A stretch of DNA of 33,727 bases, taken from assembly GCA_963601985.1 (NCBI GenBank), contig CAVCHK010000049.1:1-33727 (forward strand). Direction: 5' to 3'. Under the pieces are notes generated by a model. That model had not been told where the DNA came from, did no database searches, and worked only from the letters and a program-made list of their open reading frames with translations. Of this stretch, positions 16,852 through 23,678 are shown in pieces (the stretch's first letter is position 1; each line of letters opens with the position of its first letter). Position numbers and translations under genes: made by a program. The stretch comes from Paludibacteraceae bacterium (GTDB lineage Bacteria; Bacillota_I; Bacilli_A; RF39; UBA660).

Positions 16852-17109
16852 ATGAGAAAAGATGTTTATGACAGAGTAATAGACGAGGCTAAGTATTTGG
16901 TTAGTAGTGGTTCTACGATTAGAGAGACTGCTAGGGTGTTTGATGTTTCTAAGAGTACTGTACATAAGGATATGAGGGATAGACTTCCTTTAATTGATAA
17001 TAATATGTATAATAAAGTGTCAAGTATTTTGGAATATCATATTGATATTAAGCATATTCGTGGGGGAGAAGCTACTAAAAGAAAGTTTTTGAGTAAAAAA
17101 ATTAACTAA
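16852..17109 (+). CDS. spoIIID: stage III sporulation protein D (HTH transcription regulator)
   Basis: 85 aa. ...GSTIRETARVFDVSKSTVHKDM... HTH and the IRGGEATKRKF basic tail are typical of SpoIIID. Followed by mreB/mbl as in B. subtilis. Confidence 0.95.
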   Translation: MRKDVYDRVIDEAKYLVSSGSTIRETARVFDVSKSTVHKDMRDRLPLIDNNMYNKVSSILEYHIDIKHIRGGEATKRKFLSKKIN

Positions 17110-17124
17110 ATGGTGTAAAAAAGA

Positions 17125-17143
17125 GGTAAAATGTGGTAAAATG
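17125..17143 (+). repeat. tandem exact 9-mer GGTAAAATG x2 (10-nt period), each copy containing a -10 like TAAAAT
   Basis: Copies at 17125-17133 and 17135-17143. The second has TGg immediately upstream of TAAAAT (extended -10). Located 21 nt upstream of the mreB GTG. Confidence 0.5.
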
Positions 17144-17163
17144 GAAATAAGGATGGTGATTTT

Positions 17164-18156
17164 GTGTTTAATAAAGATATTGGAATTGACTTAGGAACTG
17201 CGAATGTACTTATATATATTAAGGGTCAGGGTATTGTACTTAATGAGCCATCTGTTGTTGCTATTGATGCTGAAACTAAAAAACCTTTGGCTGTTGGTAC
17301 AGAGGCTAGGGATATGCTTGGAAGGACTCCTGGAAAAGTTAAAGCTATTAAACCAATGAAAGATGGTGTTATAGCTGATTATGATACTACTGAAGTTATG
17401 CTTAATTATTTTATTAAGAAGGTTAATGGTAAGAGTTTCTTTTCTAGACCTAGAATTTTGATTTGTTGTCCTTCTAATATAACACAAGTTGAGAAAAATG
17501 CTATTAAGGAAGCTGCTGAAAGGACTGGGGCTAAGAAGGTTTATTTGGAAGAAGAGCCTAAAGTTGCTTCTATTGGAGCTGGTATGGATATATCTAAACC
17601 TAGTGGTAATATGGTTATTGATATTGGCGGTGGTACTACTGATATTGCTATTTTATCTTTAGGTGGTATTGTTAATAGTTCTTCTATTAGAATAGCTGGT
17701 AATGCTTTTGATAATGATATTGTTAAATATATTAAAGATAAATATAAGTTATTAGTAGGAGAGAGAACTGCTGAGGATATTAAGATTACTATTGGTACGG
17801 TATTTCCTGGTTCTAGAGATGAAAAGATGGAAGTTAGGGGTAGAGATCTAGTTACTGGTCTTCCTCATACTATTACTCTTACTAGTGATGAAGTGGAAGA
17901 GGCTTTAAGAGAGAGTGTTTATACTATTATACATGCTGTCAAGGGTATACTTGAGCAAACACCTCCTGAGTTGTCTGCGGATATTATTGATAAAGGTATT
18001 GTACTTACTGGTGGTGGTGCTATGGTTGATGGATTTTCGCAAATATTGGCACAAGAACTTAAGGTTCCTGTATTTATAGCTGAGTCTCCTCTTACTTGTG
18101 TAGCGGAGGGTACTGGTATTCTTTTAGATAATTTATATATGTTAGAGAGGCAATAG
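17164..18156 (+). CDS. mreB: rod shape-determining actin homolog MreB/Mbl
   Basis: DIGIDLGTANVLIY, ...DIGGGTTDIA..., ...GIVLTGGGA... actin-fold motifs. GTG start 5 nt after AAGGATGGTGA. Confidence 0.95.
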   Translation: MFNKDIGIDLGTANVLIYIKGQGIVLNEPSVVAIDAETKKPLAVGTEARDMLGRTPGKVKAIKPMKDGVIADYDTTEVMLNYFIKKVNGKSFFSRPRILICCPSNITQVEKNAIKEAAERTGAKKVYLEEEPKVASIGAGMDISKPSGNMVIDIGGGTTDIAILSLGGIVNSSSIRIAGNAFDNDIVKYIKDKYKLLVGERTAEDIKITIGTVFPGSRDEKMEVRGRDLVTGLPHTITLTSDEVEEALRESVYTIIHAVKGILEQTPPELSADIIDKGIVLTGGGAMVDGFSQILAQELKVPVFIAESPLTCVAEGTGILLDNLYMLERQ

Positions 18157-18171
18157 TAATTGTCTTTTTTT
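18146..18171 (+). terminator. rho-independent terminator of mreB
   Basis: GGCAAT (18149-18154) pairs with ATTGTC (18159-18164, one G-U pair) with a 4-nt loop. The stem can extend by A-U/G-U pairs. Followed by 7 T. Confidence 0.5.
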
Positions 18172-18200
18172 GTAAATTATTTGTAAATATTGTGTAATTG
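18170..18200 (+). repeat. phased direct repeats TTGTAAAT / TTGTAAAT / TTGTGTAAT upstream of the rpiB promoter
   Basis: Exact 8-mer at 18170-18177 and 18181-18188 (11-nt period). Degenerate third copy at 18190-18198. Confidence 0.5.
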
Positions 18201-18202
18201 TG

Positions 18203-18231
18203 TTTTATTTATATGTTTTTTTTGATACAAT
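18203..18231 (+). promoter_or_regulatory. extended -10 promoter candidate for rpiB
   Basis: TGaTACAAT (18223-18231). Weak -35 TTTTAT 17 nt upstream. SD AAGGTGA and ATG 18250 downstream. Confidence 0.4.
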
Positions 18232-18249
18232 GTATTAGAAGGTGATATT

Positions 18250-18684
18250 ATGAAGATTGGTATAGCTAGTGATCATAGAGGATATAGAGCTAAAGAAGTG
18301 TTAAAGGAATACCTTGATGAGTATAATGTTATAGATTATGGTACTGATAGTGATGAATCTGTTGATTTTCCAATATATGCTATAAGACTTGGTAAGTCTA
18401 TTGTTAATCATGATGTTGATTTAGGTATTGCGATATGTGGTACTGGTATTGGTATGAGTATTTGTCTTAATAAGATTAAGGGTGTATATTGTGCTAAGGT
18501 ATCTAATGAGAGTGAGGCTATATTATGTAAGAGCCATAATAATGCTAATGTTATTGCCATGAGTGAGGATATTGATTTTGATAATATGAAAGTTATTGTT
18601 GATAAGTTTATTGAGACTCCTTTTTCTAATATTAATAAATATATTAGAAGAAATGATATGATCAAGGATGTTGAGAATGATTAA
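18250..18684 (+). CDS. rpiB: ribose-5-phosphate isomerase B (LacAB/RpiB family)
   Basis: MKIGIASDHRGY..., ...GIAICGTGIGMSI..NK... and ...CKSHNNANVIAM motifs. Confidence 0.9.
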   Translation: MKIGIASDHRGYRAKEVLKEYLDEYNVIDYGTDSDESVDFPIYAIRLGKSIVNHDVDLGIAICGTGIGMSICLNKIKGVYCAKVSNESEAILCKSHNNANVIAMSEDIDFDNMKVIVDKFIETPFSNINKYIRRNDMIKDVEND

Positions 18685-18865
18685 ATTTGTTTTGTATTTG
18701 TTTGTTATTCCTTTAGTTATTTATGCTATGGATGGTATTAATATTAGTGGTATGTTTAAAAAAAATAAGATATATCAGGCTAGAATATTGTATATACTTT
18801 TTGTATTTGGGTTATCTTATTTGGTTTGTAATTTTTTATATGATTTTTTGTATATTGTTAAATAA
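18668..18865 (+). CDS. small membrane protein, DUF1146 (YwzB-like) candidate
   Basis: 65 aa, two TM segments. ...IYAMDGINISGMFKKNKIYQARILYILFVFGLSYLVCNFL resembles the YwzB pattern (AL..F.....K....A..L.I...IA.G.LV..F). Overlaps the rpiB end; the alternative ATG at 18677 gives an 8-nt overlap. Confidence 0.45.
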   Translation: MLRMIKFVLYLFVIPLVIYAMDGINISGMFKKNKIYQARILYILFVFGLSYLVCNFLYDFLYIVK

Positions 18866-18904
18866 GTTATTTTGCTTATTTTTCTTTTATTTTTGGTAAT
18901 ACTG

Positions 18905-18913
18905 TGATAAAAT
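18905..18913 (+). promoter_or_regulatory. extended -10 element (TGaTAAAAT) upstream of dusB
   Basis: The same TGaTAAAAT as in the T-box promoter. The -35 is poor. SD AGGTGA and ATG 18933 follow. Confidence 0.35.
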
Positions 18914-18932
18914 ACTTTAAGCAGGTGATTTG

Positions 18933-19916
18933 ATGATTAGGATTGGTAATGTTATACTTGATAATAATGTTTTTTTGGCCCCTATGGCGGGAGTTTGTAA
19001 TAGTGCTTTTAGGAGAATTGTTAAGGAAGAGGGTTGCTCTTTAGTTTTTGCTGAGATGGTTAGTGATAAGGGACTTATATATAATAGTCAGAAGACTAGG
19101 GATATGCTTTATTGTGACGAGAGTGAGAGACCTATTGCGCAGCAGATATTTGGTAGTGATGTTGATAGTTTTAGAGAGGCCGCTAAAATGGTATATGAAA
19201 TTATGAGGCCTGATATTATTGATATTAATATGGGATGTCCTGTTCCTAAGGTTGCTATTAAATCACAGGCTGGAGCGGCACTTCTTAAATCTCCTGAGAA
19301 GATTAGAGATATTGTTAGTGCAGTAGTAGCTGCTGTTCCTTGCCCTGTTACTGTTAAAATTAGAAGTGGTTGGGATAGTAATAGTATTAATGCAGTAGAG
19401 GTTGCTAAAATATGTGAAGAGGCTGGGGCTAGTGCTATTACAATTCATGGTAGGACTCGTAGTCAGGGTTATAGTGGTACTGTTGATCTAGATATTATTA
19501 AAATGGTTAAAGAAGCTGTATCTATTCCGGTAATAGGAAATGGTGATATTAGAGATATTTATAGTGCAGAGAGGATGCTATCTTATACTGGATGTGATGC
19601 TATTATGATAGGCAGAGGTGTATTGGGAAATCCTTGGCTTATCAAAGAGATTATTACTTATTTAGATACTGGTATAGTTATTAATAGACCTACTTATAAA
19701 GAAAGAATTGATATGTGTATTCATCATTTGAATTATTTACTTGAAATTAAATGTGAAAAAGTAGCTGTACTTGAAATGAGAAGTCATGTTTCATGGTATT
19801 TAAAGGGTATGCCTAATGTACAGGAGGTTAAGAGGGCTATTTTTAGAGTTGAAACTAGTAATGAAATGATGAAAATTTTGAATAACTATTTAAAAGAACT
19901 TGAAAATGAGGTATAA
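18933..19916 (+). CDS. dusB: tRNA-dihydrouridine synthase
   Basis: ...LAPMAGVCNSAFR..., DINMGCP, ...VTVKIR.GW..., ...HGRTR.Q.Y.G..D motifs. dusB-lysS neighbourhood as in B. subtilis. Confidence 0.9.
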   Translation: MIRIGNVILDNNVFLAPMAGVCNSAFRRIVKEEGCSLVFAEMVSDKGLIYNSQKTRDMLYCDESERPIAQQIFGSDVDSFREAAKMVYEIMRPDIIDINMGCPVPKVAIKSQAGAALLKSPEKIRDIVSAVVAAVPCPVTVKIRSGWDSNSINAVEVAKICEEAGASAITIHGRTRSQGYSGTVDLDIIKMVKEAVSIPVIGNGDIRDIYSAERMLSYTGCDAIMIGRGVLGNPWLIKEIITYLDTGIVINRPTYKERIDMCIHHLNYLLEIKCEKVAVLEMRSHVSWYLKGMPNVQEVKRAIFRVETSNEMMKILNNYLKELENEV

Positions 19917-19935
19917 TAAGTATTGGAGGGACGAG

Positions 19936-20523
19936 ATGAAGGCAAATTTTCTTAAGAGGGTATTGGCTTTTTGTTTTGATTATTTTATTTTAACTTTGGT
20001 TTTATCTTTTATTACTATTGGTTTTAATACTTCTAATGAATCTTTTTATGAAGATATATCTAGTATTAGTAAGGAATATAATGATGGTAATATTAGTACT
20101 AGTGAATATAGTGATAAGTTAATGGAACTTGAGTATGATTATCAAAAGGATAATCTTCCTATTAATGGTATTAAATTAGTTGTATTTATTGGTTATTTTA
20201 TTGTATTTGGTTATTTGAATAGGGGACAAACACTTGGTAAAAAGTTATTTAAGATTAGGGTTGTAAATAGTGATGGTAGTTATGTTAAGTTATCTTCTTT
20301 GATTATTAGGAGTTTATTTATATATGGTATTGTATCTTGTATATATTCTATTATTTGTACTTTGTTTTTACCTACTAGGGTATTTACTTATAGTTATAAA
20401 TGGGTAGTTAATATTGAAACTATGGTATTATTTGTTTGTTTTCTTATGGCTATGTATAGAAAAGATGGTAAGGGGTTACATGATTTGGTTAGTAAAACTA
20501 ATGTTATAGGAGAGGTGAAATAA
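19936..20523 (+). CDS. RDD-family membrane protein
   Basis: ATG at 19936 lies after GGAGGGA. KRVLAFCFDYFIL, GQTLGKKLFKIRVV and GLHDLVSKTNV are RDD-type motifs. Several TM segments. Confidence 0.7.
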   Translation: MKANFLKRVLAFCFDYFILTLVLSFITIGFNTSNESFYEDISSISKEYNDGNISTSEYSDKLMELEYDYQKDNLPINGIKLVVFIGYFIVFGYLNRGQTLGKKLFKIRVVNSDGSYVKLSSLIIRSLFIYGIVSCIYSIICTLFLPTRVFTYSYKWVVNIETMVLFVCFLMAMYRKDGKGLHDLVSKTNVIGEVK

Positions 20524-20524
20524 A

Positions 20525-21991
20525 ATGGAAAGAAGTGAACAAGAATTAGTTAGGATAGAGAAATTAGATAAAATTAGAGAGTATTGTAATCCTTATCCTG
20601 ATAAATATGATAGAACTCATACTTTAAAGGAAGCTAGATTGCTTTCTGATGGTACTAGTGATGTTAGAATTGCTGGTAGAATTGTTTTTATGAGGAAAAT
20701 GGGTAAACTTAGCTTTATTCGTATTCGTGATATTGAAGGTGATATGCAACTTGAAATGAAGATTGATGTTGTTGGTGAAGATAATTATGATTTTTTTAAA
20801 AAGCAAATTGATACTGGTGATTTTATTGGTGCAGAGGGTGAGATATTTACTACACAAACTGGTGAAAAGACTCTTAGGGTACATAATTTTAATTTCTTGG
20901 GTAAGGCTTTAAGACCTTTACCTGAAAAATTCCATGGTCTTGTTGATACTGAAATGAAGTATAGACAAAGATATGTTGATCTTATTATGAATGATAGTGC
21001 TAGACGGGTATTCTTAGGTAGAAGTAAGTTATATGCTTTTATTCACAGATATTTGGGTGAAAATGGTTTCTTGGAAGTTGAGACTCCTATTCTTCAGAAT
21101 GCTGTTAGTGGTGCCTCTGCTAAACCTTTTTATACTCATCATAATGCTTTGGATATTGATTGTAACCTTAGAATTGCTCCTGAAACTTACTTAAAGCAAT
21201 GTATTGCTGGTGGCTTTGATAGGGTATATGAGGTTGCTAAATGTTTTAGGAATGAGGGTATGGATCCTCAGCATCTGCAAGAGTTTACTCAAGTGGAATG
21301 GTATGTTGCTTATTGGAATTATGAAGATACTATTAAATTCTATAAGGGATTTATGAAGAATTTATTGTTGGAACTAGTAGGAAAGACAGAAATTGAATAT
21401 CAAGGTCATGTACTTGATTTTGGTGATAGAGAATGGAAGAGAATTAACTATGTTGAAGAAATGAGAGGGGTATTTGGCTTTGATTTTCTTGAAATAGATG
21501 ATCCTAGTGTTCTTAAAGATAAGATTGTATCTAGCGGTTTATATTCTTATAATGATTTGGAAGAGTATAAATCCGTTAGTCAAATTATTGATTTTGTATA
21601 TAAGAGACAAATTCGTGAAAACATTATTGAACCTACTATTATATATAATTATCCTGCTATAATGATGCCTCTTACTAGAAGATGTGATGAGGATAATAGA
21701 ATGGTTGATATGTTCCAGGTTGTTGCATGTGGTACTGAACTTTGTAAGGCTTATTCTGAACTTGTTAATCCTAAAACTCAAAGAGAAGCTTTTCTAGATC
21801 AGATTAAGGCTAAAGAGCAGGGGGATGATGAGACTATGGATATTGATTATGGTTTTTTACTTGCTATGGAGCAAGGGATGCCTCCTATTAGTGGTCTTGG
21901 TTTTGGTATTGATAGGCTTCTTATGATAATTTTTGATCAGCCTTCTATTAGGGATGTTGTATTATTTCCTCAAATGAAGGATAAGAAATAG
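20525..21991 (+). CDS. lysS: lysine--tRNA ligase, class II
   Basis: OB-fold N-domain (VRIAGRIVFMRKMGKLSFIRIRD), class II motifs (FLEVETP..., ...YEVAKCFRNEG..., ...GFGIDRLLM). Starts 1 nt after the RDD gene stop. Confidence 0.95.
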   Translation: MERSEQELVRIEKLDKIREYCNPYPDKYDRTHTLKEARLLSDGTSDVRIAGRIVFMRKMGKLSFIRIRDIEGDMQLEMKIDVVGEDNYDFFKKQIDTGDFIGAEGEIFTTQTGEKTLRVHNFNFLGKALRPLPEKFHGLVDTEMKYRQRYVDLIMNDSARRVFLGRSKLYAFIHRYLGENGFLEVETPILQNAVSGASAKPFYTHHNALDIDCNLRIAPETYLKQCIAGGFDRVYEVAKCFRNEGMDPQHLQEFTQVEWYVAYWNYEDTIKFYKGFMKNLLLELVGKTEIEYQGHVLDFGDREWKRINYVEEMRGVFGFDFLEIDDPSVLKDKIVSSGLYSYNDLEEYKSVSQIIDFVYKRQIRENIIEPTIIYNYPAIMMPLTRRCDEDNRMVDMFQVVACGTELCKAYSELVNPKTQREAFLDQIKAKEQGDDETMDIDYGFLLAMEQGMPPISGLGFGIDRLLMIIFDQPSIRDVVLFPQMKDKK

Positions 21992-22023
21992 TTAATAATT
22001 TTTAGTAAATCGTTATAAAATAA

Positions 22024-22054
22024 GGGAAAAACTATATAAATTTTCTCTTTTTTA
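22024..22054 (+). terminator. rho-independent terminator of lysS
   Basis: GGGAAAA (22024-22030) pairs with TTTTCTC (22041-22047, one G-U pair), followed by TTTTTTA. Confidence 0.5.
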
Positions 22055-22082
22055 TTTACTTTTATTATAGTTGTGCTATAAT
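22055..22082 (+). promoter_or_regulatory. sigma-A type promoter candidate for the YfcC-like transporter
   Basis: TTTACT (22055-22060), 16 nt, TATAAT (22077-22082), with extended -10 TGc. Its position argues against the ORF-track start at 22084. Confidence 0.45.
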
Positions 22083-22101
22083 TATGTTAGAGGAGGTTAT
22101 T

Positions 22102-23559
22102 ATGAAAAAACATAGTTTATTTAAAGTAATATTAATTGTTTTAGGTTCACTAATATTAGTTGATGCAATTTTAGCTATACTTGGTGTTTGTGGTGTTGAT
22201 GGTTTAAAAGATGTTTATTCTATGATACCACTTGGTGATGTTTTGATTAATTTTGTACAATCATTTTATTATTTCTTTGATACTGTAGTTTATTTATTAG
22301 TACTTGGTGCATTCTATGGTGTTTTAAATAAAGTTCCTGGTTATAAGAAATTAGTAGATAATATTGCACAAAAGGTAAAGGGTAAGAGTAAGTTATTTGT
22401 ATTTATTGTTACTGCTTTATTTGCTATTTTAACTTCACTTACTGGTTTGACTAATGTACTTCTTGTTTTTGTGCCATTTGTGGTAGCTATAATTTTATCA
22501 CTTGGTTATGATAAGTTAGTTGCTATTAGTTCTACTATTGCTTCTATGTTAGTAGGATTTATGGGTGGTTTATATGTAACATTTAGAAATCCTAGTAGTT
22601 ATTATGGTTATTCTGCCACTACTATAGAGGGCTTAACTGGTATTGAACTTTCTAGTACTTTATGGGCTAAACTTGCTATATTAGTATTTGGTACTCTTTT
22701 ACTTATATTCTTTATTAATAAATATATGAAGAATGTTAAGGATAAGAAAGTTAAATTTGAACTTAATGAAAGTGATGCTATAGTGGCTACTGAAGTTAAA
22801 GGTGATTATAAAGAAATTAAAACTTGGCCTATGATTGTAATGTTTGCTATTATATTTGTTATTTTAGTATTAGGCTATTTACCTTGGAATACTTTATTTG
22901 GTATTACTTGTTTTGATAGCTTTAATGAATGGTTATTAGGAATTACTATTGGTGATTTTGCAGTATTCTCTAATATTATTTCTAACAATTTATATGCATT
23001 TGGTAATTGGGCTAGTCTTGGTTCTTATATGTCAGTTATTATAACTTTAATTTTATTTACTTTACTTATTAAATTTATTTATAAAATTAAATTTAATGAG
23101 GTTTTGGATAATTTTATAAGTGGATCTAAGAAGATGGTACCTATGGTATTATTAGTTATACTTAGTTATGCTATATTAGTTAGTGCTTATAATCATGGCT
23201 TTGTTGCTAATATCATTAACTGGGTAAATGATAGTAAACTTGGTATTAATGTTGTTACTGCTTCATTAATTACTATGCTTGGTACTTTGCTTCATTCTGA
23301 TTTATATTATACTGTAGCGGGTGTATATTCTAATGTCATTGCTTTAGTTTCTGATGAATCTTTGATGACTTTATATGCTGTTACTTTCCAAAGTATTTAT
23401 GGTTTAACATCAATTGTTGCTCCTACTAGTTTCTTAGTAATATTTGCACTTAAATATTTTGATGTTCCTTATACTACTTGGTTTAAGTATATATGGAGAT
23501 TTGTACTTATGCTATTCTTACTTGTAATATTAGTATTACTTGTGCTTGCGTTAGTATAA
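22102..23559 (+). CDS. YfcC-family (DcuC-like) polytopic membrane transporter
   Basis: ATG at 22102 lies after GAGGAGG. About 12 hydrophobic segments. ...LGAFYGVLNKV...IVTALFAILTSLTG...VPFVVAIILSLGYDKLVAISS... resembles E. coli YfcC (...GGAFGIV...LFILFSLGG...APLMVRLGYDSIT...). Confidence 0.6.
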   Translation: MKKHSLFKVILIVLGSLILVDAILAILGVCGVDGLKDVYSMIPLGDVLINFVQSFYYFFDTVVYLLVLGAFYGVLNKVPGYKKLVDNIAQKVKGKSKLFVFIVTALFAILTSLTGLTNVLLVFVPFVVAIILSLGYDKLVAISSTIASMLVGFMGGLYVTFRNPSSYYGYSATTIEGLTGIELSSTLWAKLAILVFGTLLLIFFINKYMKNVKDKKVKFELNESDAIVATEVKGDYKEIKTWPMIVMFAIIFVILVLGYLPWNTLFGITCFDSFNEWLLGITIGDFAVFSNIISNNLYAFGNWASLGSYMSVIITLILFTLLIKFIYKIKFNEVLDNFISGSKKMVPMVLLVILSYAILVSAYNHGFVANIINWVNDSKLGINVVTASLITMLGTLLHSDLYYTVAGVYSNVIALVSDESLMTLYAVTFQSIYGLTSIVAPTSFLVIFALKYFDVPYTTWFKYIWRFVLMLFLLVILVLLVLALV

Positions 23560-23573
23560 TAATTGTATTATTG

Positions 23574-23603
23574 ATACCTACTTTTTAGTAGGTATTTTTT
23601 TTT
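23574..23603 (+). terminator. rho-independent terminator of the YfcC-like gene
   Basis: ATACCTAC (23574-23581) pairs with GTAGGTAT (23588-23595), followed by a run of 9 T. Confidence 0.75.
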
Positions 23604-23678
23604 GCATTTTGTTGTTTAAATTTCTTAATTATGTATCATTATATTCATAGAATATATTTGAAAGGAGAATTTATAATT

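Noticed and set aside
11786-23678. Longer N-terminal extensions offered by the ORF track for metG (11786), tatD (13652), spoIID (15111), the RDD protein (19900), the YfcC-like protein (22084) and clpC (23631). The same applies to the bofA-like ORF (1643), rsmI (4311), dut (11329), abgT (29966) and ychF (31587).
   Set aside because: In most cases an internal ATG has a well-spaced SD and begins the conserved family N-terminus; for spoIID there is no SD and the only argument is the first Met before the TM segment. The extensions overlap upstream genes, terminators or promoter elements and encode non-conserved residues.
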